From the NCBI GenBank assembly GCA_965248435.1, contig OZ252100.1, forward strand, positions 2,336,001 to 2,400,000: a stretch of 64,000 nucleotides of DNA, written 5' to 3'. The first letter of the stretch is position 1. Every line of letters begins with the position of its first letter. The notes beneath the pieces were generated by a model. It saw only the letters and a list, made by a program, of their open reading frames with translations. It had not been told where the DNA came from and searched no databases. The translations under genes were made by a program, and so were the position numbers. This document shows, piece after piece, positions 8,353 through 17,175 of this stretch. Source of the DNA: Candidatus Latescibacterota bacterium (GTDB taxonomy: Bacteria > Latescibacterota > UBA2968 > GCA-2709665).

Positions 8353-9966
8353 ATGAGCTCGATCTCGCCTGCAATTAACGGAAAAGTCTTCTTCGTGACC
8401 GGGGCCACCGGTTTTGTGGCAAAGGGGCTGGTCGAAAAGCTCCTTCGCGACGTCCCCGGCGTGAGGCGACTCTACCTCCTGATTCGATCGGGAAAGCACG
8501 GTTCTGCGGAGCAGCGACTGGACCGTGAGGTGATCAACTCCAACGTATTTTCCGAGCTGAGGAAACGGCTGGGCCCGAAATTTGAAGAGACGGTTCGACC
8601 GAAACTGGTCGCCGTCGCGGGCGATCTATCCAAGGACCGGATGGGGCTGACCCCAGACGACTACTCCAAACTGCTGCAAGAAGTAGACATCGTCATCAAT
8701 TGCGCAGCGACGGTTGTCTTCGATGAGCGCCTGGACCACGCACTCGAGCTGAATACCCTTGGGCCCCGCCGCATCCTGGAATTCACGAAATCCTGCCGGG
8801 ATGCGATTCTCGTTCACGTATCCACGGCCTATGTCAATAGTCAGCAGACAGGTCACATCCCGGAGAGACTGCTCCCTCCCGGTCAGAAGATCCAAAGAAT
8901 CTTGGGGGACGGGCATTCTCCGGACTTCGATTTGGAGACAGAGATCGAATCGATCCGGCAATTCCGCGATGAGGTCATGTCAGACTCAGAACAACCCGAT
9001 CTCGAAGGCCAATTTCTTCGAACCCTCCAGCAACAGGACAGAGGCAAACGGGTGACCAAGTATCGACGAACGCATCAACTCGATGCCTTGCGCAAACGCT
9101 GGATAACACAAAGACTCGTGAAAGAAGGAATGTCGCGCGCTCGTAGGCTGGGATGGAATGATACCTATACCTTTACGAAGTCCATGGGCGAACAGATCAT
9201 CGCGAAATACCGCGGCAGTCTCCCGACCGCCATCGTGAGGCCTTCGATCATCGAGAGCAGCCTCTGCGACCCGGAGCCTGGGTGGTTGGATGGGTTGAAG
9301 GTTGCCGATCCCCTCTTCGTGCATTACGGTAAGGGCCGACTGGACCACTTTCCCGCGAATCCGGACATCGTGCTCGACGTCGTACCCGTCGACATCGTGA
9401 CAAACGCAATCATCGCTATCCTGCCTCAGGTTAGAAAGCAAAAGGACATGCAGGTCTATCAGGTCGCGACGAGTTCCGTCAATCCGTTGAAGCTTCGAGA
9501 CCTCGCAGACTGGGTCTACGAATACTTTAGGAAGAGCCCGCTGCAGGACAGGGACGGGAACCCAATTCAGGTGCACAAGTGGCGGTTTCCGAGCCACAAG
9601 GAATTTCGGCGGCAGGTTCGCCTGAAATACCAGGTCCCCCTCACCACGATGCTGTGGCTGACGAACCACGTGCCGATCTTCCCGTCCAGCATGAAACGAA
9701 AGGTTTCAATTTTTGAGGCCACGTTCCAACGTCTCCTTTCACTCATCGAAATCTATGGTCCCTACACCACGCTCGATTGCCGATTCGAAACGGAAAACAT
9801 CCGGCGCCTCTACCAAAAGCTGGACCCGGAAGATCGAAAGGTCTTCAACTTCGACGTCTCGAGCATCCGATGGCGAGAGTATGTGCAGGATATACACCTC
9901 CCGGGACTGAAGCGCCACATACTGAAGGACGGTTCGGAGCAGGAACATGTGGAGCATAGTGCATAA
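8353..9966 (+). CDS. Alcohol-forming fatty acyl-CoA reductase (FAR / male-sterility family)
   Basis: TGATGFVAKGLVEKLLR, HVSTAYVN, catalytic YxxxK in WNDTYTFTKSMGE, IVRPSIIES, EPGW, DVVPVDIV and C-terminal FNFDVSSIRW..Y...HLPGL. Confidence 0.9.
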   Translation: MSSISPAINGKVFFVTGATGFVAKGLVEKLLRDVPGVRRLYLLIRSGKHGSAEQRLDREVINSNVFSELRKRLGPKFEETVRPKLVAVAGDLSKDRMGLTPDDYSKLLQEVDIVINCAATVVFDERLDHALELNTLGPRRILEFTKSCRDAILVHVSTAYVNSQQTGHIPERLLPPGQKIQRILGDGHSPDFDLETEIESIRQFRDEVMSDSEQPDLEGQFLRTLQQQDRGKRVTKYRRTHQLDALRKRWITQRLVKEGMSRARRLGWNDTYTFTKSMGEQIIAKYRGSLPTAIVRPSIIESSLCDPEPGWLDGLKVADPLFVHYGKGRLDHFPANPDIVLDVVPVDIVTNAIIAILPQVRKQKDMQVYQVATSSVNPLKLRDLADWVYEYFRKSPLQDRDGNPIQVHKWRFPSHKEFRRQVRLKYQVPLTTMLWLTNHVPIFPSSMKRKVSIFEATFQRLLSLIEIYGPYTTLDCRFETENIRRLYQKLDPEDRKVFNFDVSSIRWREYVQDIHLPGLKRHILKDGSEQEHVEHSA

Positions 9967-11936
9967 TGGACGCACGCTATACCGGTTCAACGCCCATTCT
10001 CGAGCTTCACGTCAACCAGCTGCTCGAGAATCCAGAGCGCATGCTGGATCTCTATGACCGGTCCGCCCGGGAACTGATCGAGGTCGGACGTCTGGAAGGG
10101 TATTTCGAAGGTTGGGATCTTGGCCGCCTGAAATGGCCGTCCAGTCGGCGGGATACCGGGCCTGCAGACATCTCCGAACTTCAGAAGCGTGCAGAGCTTG
10201 TAAATAAAATCTTTCTCGGCGTACCGAAGCTCAGAGGTGAGCGGCTTTCGGATGCCTACTCGCCCTTCAATCGTCTAACCCCTGCTTATCACGAGGGGAA
10301 CCGTCTCTACCTCCAGCTCAAACACGACTTCCTTGCTCGAGGCGCCGGCAACGAGCAGAATTATCTCCAGCTCTACCAGGCGGTCTATGTGGAGGCCCTG
10401 GCTAAGGGAGGCGACCTGTTTTCTCCAGACGCGGGTGAGGCGGCGCTGTCCGAGGCCAGGATCTTTCGCGCACCCCTTTCCCACGCGCAGCCTGTAGCAG
10501 AGGACCTGCCAACCGCAGTGTTGGACGAAGATCCGAGGTGGGAAGAGACCTATTCCTGTAAACTGGATGGCCATCCGATCGAGGCCTCGTTGAGGGATCT
10601 GCTGAAGAAGGTGGCGGAAAGGGCCCTCGACTACGTCAACGCCGGCGGGTTGCTCGCCACCCACTTCAACACCTACAACAACCTCGGCTGGTTTGGCAGT
10701 TCAATCTGGAAAGTGATCGTGGATGTGGACCTTTCTCGTCATCAGATTCAGATCCAACGACCCGGTTCGAATCCCCACGACCTCGCCCATATCCGGAACG
10801 ACATTCATCTCGGTATCGCGATGCTCGTGGAGTTCCTGCAGGCTCATCGCGAAGACCCGGCCAGGCTGAAACCTGAAAAATACTGGTATGGCCAGGACTA
10901 CAGCTATCTCACTCGAGATATGCTGGATCTAGCCCAGCGGCTGATTCATGGGATGAACGAGCAAATCGATGGCAAGGAAAAACTCCAACTTCCACCTCTC
11001 CTGGCGGGCAGTCCCAGCGGGCGGTTTCTCGAATATCCTCACGTAGGCAGGCAGGCTCAGCCTTCACCCTGGAATCGAACCCTCAAGCTCTTGCGATGGG
11101 CGGGGGTCTCCTGGAAAGTGGGCAGACGTCGTGCGAGGCTGGCCAAATCGCAATTGAGCGAGGACCTGCGTTGGCCGCGTGCCTGGCAGGAATGGGTCGC
11201 CTGGTCCGATGCCACGCTTCGCATTTTCGGCATCCAGGTCAAAGTGAGTCTGGATCCGAGCTTTCATTCTGTCGCCAAAGACCTCGACCTGACCCGCGGA
11301 AAGCAGAAGGTGCTCTTTCTACCCACGCACCAATCTCTCCTCGACCACCCCATTATGTATCGGGTCCTGACCTCCCCGGAGCTGATGTCGGCGATGGGTT
11401 GGCGAGAGCCGGTGTCCTGCGCCTTCCTCGCGCGAACGGGGCTCTCCAAGGCTGGAGTGCGGATCGGCAGGTTCGATATGACCATGTTCGGCGTCTCGTC
11501 GGAGAAGTTTGACCGCATGTTCGAGGAACTGGACGGATACGTGACGCGCGAGCGTCTGGAGGGAACCGGTCCCACGGCCCTCAGGCTGGTGGAGGCCTTG
11601 AAGAAACGCCCTGGCGTCATCTATCCCATGGCGACCGTCGGCGCTTTCGATGTCCAGCTCTTTCCGCTACAGCACGCGATGTTCGCCCAACTGCCGCAGG
11701 ATGTAATCATCATTCCCATCGCCTTTCGGGGTGCACACGCGCTCTGGCCCAAGTGTCCTAAGGGAAACCTCCAGATCAATCCGGGCCTCGTCGAAGCCGT
11801 GGTTGCACCCCCGATGCTCGGAGAAACCACGCTGCTGCCCAAGCGCAGATCGCTGCGCATTCAGCTTGAGGCGGCGACACTCTTTCAGGCAGTGCACATT
11901 ACTTCCTTGTTGAATCCTGAACCATCTGCAGACTAG
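9966..11936 (+). CDS. Glycerolipid acyltransferase-domain protein (putative DHAP acyltransferase) with a roughly 400-aa unknown N-terminal domain
   Basis: C-terminal LPLAT-like motifs LFLPTHQSLLDHP (HxxxxD), VIYPMATV and IIPIAFRG. The ATG overlaps the FAR stop (TAATG). Substrate specificity is inferred from gene context. Confidence 0.7.
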   Translation: MDARYTGSTPILELHVNQLLENPERMLDLYDRSARELIEVGRLEGYFEGWDLGRLKWPSSRRDTGPADISELQKRAELVNKIFLGVPKLRGERLSDAYSPFNRLTPAYHEGNRLYLQLKHDFLARGAGNEQNYLQLYQAVYVEALAKGGDLFSPDAGEAALSEARIFRAPLSHAQPVAEDLPTAVLDEDPRWEETYSCKLDGHPIEASLRDLLKKVAERALDYVNAGGLLATHFNTYNNLGWFGSSIWKVIVDVDLSRHQIQIQRPGSNPHDLAHIRNDIHLGIAMLVEFLQAHREDPARLKPEKYWYGQDYSYLTRDMLDLAQRLIHGMNEQIDGKEKLQLPPLLAGSPSGRFLEYPHVGRQAQPSPWNRTLKLLRWAGVSWKVGRRRARLAKSQLSEDLRWPRAWQEWVAWSDATLRIFGIQVKVSLDPSFHSVAKDLDLTRGKQKVLFLPTHQSLLDHPIMYRVLTSPELMSAMGWREPVSCAFLARTGLSKAGVRIGRFDMTMFGVSSEKFDRMFEELDGYVTRERLEGTGPTALRLVEALKKRPGVIYPMATVGAFDVQLFPLQHAMFAQLPQDVIIIPIAFRGAHALWPKCPKGNLQINPGLVEAVVAPPMLGETTLLPKRRSLRIQLEAATLFQAVHITSLLNPEPSAD

Positions 11937-11948
11937 ATAGGATCTCCT

Positions 11949-13799
11949 GTGTCTACGGCTGATGTCATAACGCTTGCAGGCATCCTGGTCCTGGCCGCTG
12001 CCTTTTTCATCCTCGTAAAGAGGCGGGGTCGCGCTCAGCCTCTGGATGTGTCCTACGACCCGTCCGAAGCGCAGAGGTATCATCACAGATGGGGTTACGT
12101 GGACACCCGATTCGAGTTTGACGGACCCAGGAGCGTAAGGGTCACCGGAAGCAGGTATCCCCTCTCGGGTTTTAGCATGCCTTCCTTTGTCCCCTTCATA
12201 GAGGAAGTCCTGGACGTTCAGATTCGACCAGAAGATCTGAACGTGGAAAATAGACCTCACGAGATTCGGGCCCCGGCTCTGAACGAGGCCTTTATGGCCT
12301 CGATCGAGACCGAATTCAAGGAGGATCAGTACTCCATCGATCCCGGAGACAGGTTAGTCCACAGTCACGGACAACTGAGCGTAGACGAGGTCTATCAGAT
12401 CCTGTATGGAACATCCGTGAAGAGGGTGGTCGACCTGGTCCTCTATCCCGAAAAGGAAGAGGATATAGGCACCATCATCCAGTTGGCAGACGAACAGAGT
12501 GTATGTCTGATGCCTTACGGTGGCGGTACGAACGTAAGCGGCGCGCTGGCTTGCCCTTCTGCAGAAGATCGAATGATCGTATCGGTGGATATGAGAAGGA
12601 TGAGCCGAATCTTGTGGGTCGATGAAGAAAACTTTCAGGCCTGCGTCGAGGCGGGAATCACCGGCAAACAGCTTGAAAAGGAGTTGGACGCGAAGGGATA
12701 TACCTCGGGGCACGATCCGGACAGCATCGAGTTTTCAACGCTGGGTGGATGGATCTCAACGAACGCCAGTGGGATGAAGAAGAACAGATACGGCAACATC
12801 GAAGACATCGTGCTCGAAGCCACGCTGATCACACCCACCGGAAACGTTGAAACCCTGGCCGTGACGCCAAGAAGTTCTATCGGCTCACAGCCCAGGTCTC
12901 TTTTGTTCGGAAGCGAGGGGAATTTCGGAATCATCACCAAGGCCGTCATCAAGATCCACGCGAGACCCAGGGTGCGAAAATACGGCTCACTGGTGTTCCC
13001 GACATTCGAGAGAGGCGTCAGCTTCTTGAAGGAATTGCGCACACAGGGGATATTGCCCGCGAGCATTCGACTCGTCAGCAATAACGAATTCAGATTCGGA
13101 CAGGCGCTCAAACCCGAACCCACCTTTATGAAGGGGATCGTAAACGGACTTCAGCGGTTCTTTCTTCTTCGAATCCTGGGGTTTGATTCGAAAAAGATGG
13201 TTGCATGTACCATCTTGATGGAAGGATCAAGAGCAGAAGTGTCTCAACAGGAACGATCGATTTTCAGCATCGCCAAGAAGCATAAGGGTAAAAGCGGTGG
13301 TGCAGCCAACGGAAAGAGGGGCTACACGCTCACCTTTGGTATCGCCTACATCAGAGACTTCTGTAATGAGTGCCACGTCCTGGGTGAAACGTTTGAGACC
13401 TCCGTCCCGTGGAACAGAATCCACCACGTCTGCCAGGGCGTGGAAAGGGGATTGGTCGAAGAAGCCAAGAAAAGGAACGTTCCGGGGAAACCCTATCTGT
13501 CCTACCGTGTGACTCAGACCTATCACACCGGCGTATGCATCTACTTCACGATGGGTTTCTATGGAAAAGGGATGGAGAAGCCGACGGACGTTTTTCACGA
13601 GATAGAAGGTCGTTTGCGGCAGATCATTCTGGATAACGGGGGTTCTTTGTCTCACCACCACGGCGTCGGCAAGGTTCGACAGCCGTTTTTGTCTCAGGTC
13701 CACTCCGAAAACAGCATCAATGTCCTGCGCCAATCCAAAAAGGCGATGGATCCGAACAACACGTTCGGTATCAGAAACGGCGTGTTTGGTGACACCTGA
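11949..13799 (+). CDS. Alkyl-dihydroxyacetonephosphate synthase (FAD-linked, VAO family) with an N-terminal TM anchor
   Basis: AGPS-type motifs WGYVDTRF, TGSRYPLSG, PYGGGTNV, GHDPDSIEFSTLGGWISTNASGMKKNRYGNIEDIV, GSEGNFGIIT, PASIRL, GETFETSVPW, RVTQTY..GVCIYF, GGSLSHHHGVGK and DPNN.FG. Confidence 0.9.
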   Translation: MSTADVITLAGILVLAAAFFILVKRRGRAQPLDVSYDPSEAQRYHHRWGYVDTRFEFDGPRSVRVTGSRYPLSGFSMPSFVPFIEEVLDVQIRPEDLNVENRPHEIRAPALNEAFMASIETEFKEDQYSIDPGDRLVHSHGQLSVDEVYQILYGTSVKRVVDLVLYPEKEEDIGTIIQLADEQSVCLMPYGGGTNVSGALACPSAEDRMIVSVDMRRMSRILWVDEENFQACVEAGITGKQLEKELDAKGYTSGHDPDSIEFSTLGGWISTNASGMKKNRYGNIEDIVLEATLITPTGNVETLAVTPRSSIGSQPRSLLFGSEGNFGIITKAVIKIHARPRVRKYGSLVFPTFERGVSFLKELRTQGILPASIRLVSNNEFRFGQALKPEPTFMKGIVNGLQRFFLLRILGFDSKKMVACTILMEGSRAEVSQQERSIFSIAKKHKGKSGGAANGKRGYTLTFGIAYIRDFCNECHVLGETFETSVPWNRIHHVCQGVERGLVEEAKKRNVPGKPYLSYRVTQTYHTGVCIYFTMGFYGKGMEKPTDVFHEIEGRLRQIILDNGGSLSHHHGVGKVRQPFLSQVHSENSINVLRQSKKAMDPNNTFGIRNGVFGDT

Positions 13800-13901
13800 T
13801 CACAGACGACGGACCGCTGACCCCGAAATGAATAGCCTTTTGATTCTAGCGGTCAGCGGTCTGATTTCCGAGATACGAGATGCGATCTGGACGCTTGACT
13901 C

Positions 13902-14717
13902 TTGACTGATTCCTTCCGCGAAAAGACCGTCATCATTACGGGCGCGTCTTCCGGCCTCGGCGCAACGCTGGCCGAGGAGTTTTCTAAACGTGGCGCTCGC
14001 CTCGTCCTGTTCGCGCGAACCGAACAGAAGCTCAAAGAAACCGCGGATCTTTGCCAGAATTCCGGATCCTCACCCCTGATTGTCACAGGAGATGTGACCG
14101 ACCCCCGGGACTGTGAGAAGCTGATAGAAAAGGCTGTCGCAAACTATGGCGATGTGGATTATTTTGTTGCGAATGCAGGCGTGAGTATGTGGGCCAAGTT
14201 CGAGGACGTGAAGGACATCTCGATATTCGGGAGGATTATGGAAACGAACTACCTGGGTACGGTCCACAGCGTTTACTACGCGCTTCCGTATCTGAAAAAA
14301 AGCAAAGGAATGATTGTCGCCATCTCCTCGATCCAGGGAAAGATCGGGGTCCCGCTTCACACCGGTTATGTCGCATCGAAGCACGCCTTGCAGGGTTTTC
14401 TGGCGTCACTTCGCGCGGAAATAAGCGGGAGCGGCGTCCACGTCCTCACTGTGCTGCCCCATTGGATGAGAGGTACTCATCTCAGAAAAAATGCGCTCGG
14501 CAAAGACGGATTCCCGATCGGTGAATCGAAGAGACACAGCAAAGAGTCGATCTCTCTTCAAGAATGCGCGGCCGCCATCATCAAGGCGATGAATAAGAGA
14601 AAGACGGAGCTGGTCATCCCACCCAAACTCAAACTCCTCCCCTGGTTGAATCTGATCAACCCAAAGATCGTGAACTTTCTCGTAAAGGGAGAGATGGAGC
14701 GCCAGGAGGAGTCCTGA
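13902..14717 (+). CDS. SDR oxidoreductase, DHRS7B-like (putative acyl/alkyl-DHAP reductase)
   Basis: ITGASSGLG, NAG, METNY.G and IVAISSIQGK.G.P...GYVASKHALQGF..SLRAE (YxxxK). The TTG start is uncertain. Confidence 0.8.
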   Translation: MTDSFREKTVIITGASSGLGATLAEEFSKRGARLVLFARTEQKLKETADLCQNSGSSPLIVTGDVTDPRDCEKLIEKAVANYGDVDYFVANAGVSMWAKFEDVKDISIFGRIMETNYLGTVHSVYYALPYLKKSKGMIVAISSIQGKIGVPLHTGYVASKHALQGFLASLRAEISGSGVHVLTVLPHWMRGTHLRKNALGKDGFPIGESKRHSKESISLQECAAAIIKAMNKRKTELVIPPKLKLLPWLNLINPKIVNFLVKGEMERQEES

Positions 14718-14718
14718 A

Positions 14719-14822
14719 ACCGTGTACCGGGATAGGTAGATAGGTTACAGAGACCTGACGGTTTGGGGGCGACGCCTGCGTCGCCCCGAGAAATCAAAAC
14801 ACGGGTACCGGGTACCGCAAAA
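14719..14822 (+). repeat. About 100-bp dispersed composite repeat, copy 1 (MITE/REP-like)
   Basis: Aligns closely with the reverse complement of 33367-33464. Contains the hairpin GGGGCGACGC-CT-GCGTCGCCCC. Confidence 0.85.
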
Positions 14823-14907
14823 TCGTAGATTGTCGTTCCTCTATTCTGGTTTTCTCTGCACCCTCCGCGTCTCTGCGCTGAAGTTTCCTTCCTTATGCTC
14901 CCACCAT

Positions 14908-15606
14908 TCAATCAGTCATTAAGCGTTCCAGATCGATGTGCCGCTCCACTGACGCGTGCATCTCCCCGAGAAAACCCTTTTCCACATCGACCTCGGAGTC
15001 GAACGGGATCGTACCCAGAGAGGGAATGCCCGAAAGTCGAGTGACGACTTCCGGGCTGGTCTGCGCCGCAGTATCGAGGGGACCCGGCTGTGGGACGCAG
15101 TAGACGACGCCGCACACCTGCAGGTCTCGGGAGGCGGCTGCTTCGAGCGTGAGCAGCGTGTGATTGATCGTTCCGAGGGAGGCTCGGGCGATCACAATCA
15201 GCGGAAGGCCTATCCAGTCCGCCAGATCGGCAACGACGAAATCCTCCCGGATGGGGACGAGCAGCCCGCCTACCCCTTCCACGATCATCCACGAATGTTT
15301 CGAACAGAGTCTCGAAAAGGCCTCCAGCACGCCCTCGAGGTCCACATCTTTCTTTTCGAGACGGGCCGCCACGTTCGGAGAAAGCGGAGCCGCGAACGAC
15401 ACCGGATTGATGTCCTGCATCGCGTCTTGAACACCTGCAGCATGGCGGAGTACGCGGGCATCGTTCGATCCGCCCGTGGACACCGGCTTCATGACCCCGA
15501 CGTCCAGGCCTCGCTCACGGAAGACGCGAACGAGGCCTGCCGCCACGGCCGTCTTTCCCACGCCCGTATCCGTTCCTGCGATGAAGAATCCGCGTGCCAC
15601 ACTCAC
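14908..15606 (-). CDS. bioD: Dethiobiotin synthase
   Basis: FIAGTDTGVGKT, MKPVSTG, VEGVGGLLVP and LGTINHTLLT. Confidence 0.96.
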   Translation of the reverse strand: MSVARGFFIAGTDTGVGKTAVAAGLVRVFRERGLDVGVMKPVSTGGSNDARVLRHAAGVQDAMQDINPVSFAAPLSPNVAARLEKKDVDLEGVLEAFSRLCSKHSWMIVEGVGGLLVPIREDFVVADLADWIGLPLIVIARASLGTINHTLLTLEAAASRDLQVCGVVYCVPQPGPLDTAAQTSPEVVTRLSGIPSLGTIPFDSEVDVEKGFLGEMHASVERHIDLERLMTD

Positions 15607-16979
15607 TCCGCCGATGAAGGTTCAGTAACAGCGCGAATCGACCCGCCTGTGATTTCCAGCATTCGATCCAGCTCCGCCATCTGGATGGCGAGGGGAGGCA
15701 TCAGCACGATCGTATTCCCGAGAGGACGGATCAGCAGCCCGCGATCCCGCGCCTCCTGGCACACTTTTGTGCCGATCCGCGCCTCCCACGGATAGGGCCG
15801 TCTGGATTCGCGGTTCTCGACCAGCTCTATTGCCGCGATCAGCCCACACTGCCGAACATCCCCTACTTGTCCCAAATCCTCGAAACGCAAGACGCCCTCA
15901 CGAAGCCGCTCGATCTTGGGCCGCAGGGCGTCCAGCGTGCCTTCCTGTTCAAAGAGTTCCAATGTCGCGAGTGCCGCCGCGCAGCCCAGTGGATTGCCCG
16001 TATAGGTGTGTCCGTGAAAAAACGTTTTTCGATCTTCGAACTCACCCAGAAAGGCCTCGTAGATTCGATCCGAGGCCATCGTCGCCGCGACTGGGAGGTA
16101 GCCCCCGGTGAGCCCCTTCCCGAGACAGAGCAAATCCGGTGAGATACCCTCCCGCTCACACGCGAACATCGTCCCCGTACGGCCGAACCCCGTCGCCACT
16201 TCGTCGGCGATCAAGAGCACGTCATATTCCCGGCAGAGGTCGGCGGCCCGTTTCAGATACCCTTCGGGGTGAACAAGCAGGCCGCCCGCACCCTGGACAA
16301 GTGGCTCCACAACGAACGCGGCGATTCGATCTGCATTCCGCTTCAGAAGGTCCTCCAGCGCAACCTGGCACCCTTCATTGCATTTCCGCGCTTCGGCGCA
16401 GAACGAACATCGGTAGGGGTGAGGCGCGGGCGTGGCGAGGCTCGAAAACAGGAGCGGACGATACACCTCGTGGAACAGCTGGATCCCACCCACGCTCACC
16501 GCCCCGAGCGTGTCGCCGTGGTAGCTCTCCGTAAAATGAAGAAACGTCTCCTTCTCCGGCCGTGGATCTGAACGCTGTCGCCAGTACTGAAGCGCCATCT
16601 TCAGCGCGGCCTCGACCGCAGTCGCGCCGTCATCGGAATAGAAAACGTGCGTCAGACCGGGAGGCGCAAGGTCAACGAGCTTCTCGGCGAGCCGGATTGC
16701 GGGCACGTTGGAGAGCCCCAGAAGCGTGCTGTGAGCCACCTTGTCAAGCTGATCCCGGATCGCGTCATCGATCGCGCGAACCCGGTGACCGTGCACGTTG
16801 CACCACATAGAAGAAAACCCATCCAGATAGCGCTTACCGTCGATATCCTCCAGATAAACGCCGTCCGCACGGGCGATGACCACCGGCACCTCCTGGGCGT
16901 AGTCCTGCATCTGCGTGAACGGATGCCAGACGAGCTGCCGGTCCAGATCCTTCAGGCGGGTCTTTTCTTCGGGGGTCAT
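15603..16979 (-). CDS. bioA: Adenosylmethionine-8-amino-7-oxononanoate aminotransferase
   Basis: VWHPFTQM, DGFSSMWCNVHGH, YHGDTLGA, DEVATGFGRTG, GKGLTGGYLP and FFHGHTYTGNP. Adjacent to bioD. Confidence 0.95.
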   Translation of the reverse strand: MTPEEKTRLKDLDRQLVWHPFTQMQDYAQEVPVVIARADGVYLEDIDGKRYLDGFSSMWCNVHGHRVRAIDDAIRDQLDKVAHSTLLGLSNVPAIRLAEKLVDLAPPGLTHVFYSDDGATAVEAALKMALQYWRQRSDPRPEKETFLHFTESYHGDTLGAVSVGGIQLFHEVYRPLLFSSLATPAPHPYRCSFCAEARKCNEGCQVALEDLLKRNADRIAAFVVEPLVQGAGGLLVHPEGYLKRAADLCREYDVLLIADEVATGFGRTGTMFACEREGISPDLLCLGKGLTGGYLPVAATMASDRIYEAFLGEFEDRKTFFHGHTYTGNPLGCAAALATLELFEQEGTLDALRPKIERLREGVLRFEDLGQVGDVRQCGLIAAIELVENRESRRPYPWEARIGTKVCQEARDRGLLIRPLGNTIVLMPPLAIQMAELDRMLEITGGSIRAVTEPSSAE

Positions 16980-17175
16980 GGAAGCGTTGTCTGACTGGCT
17001 GTCAAAAGACCGCGGGATAGATTGCTTTTAGACTCTGACGGTCCGTCGTCCGCCCCCTCGGCGATGCTCGGGGCAGGCCTCTGTCGTCGCGCAAGGCGGT
17101 TTTTGTGCATAACCTAAAGGGGGTCGTGACCTTCTGGACCCCCTGCCTCCGTAAACGTACTTGGTGACTTTCTTC

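Noticed and set aside
8353-11936. FAR plus acyltransferase read as a wax-ester synthesis locus
   Set aside because: The acyltransferase has an LPLAT HxxxxD motif, not the HHxxxDG of WS/DGAT, and the adjacent AGPS consumes fatty alcohol. Ether lipid synthesis is the more parsimonious reading, though not proven.
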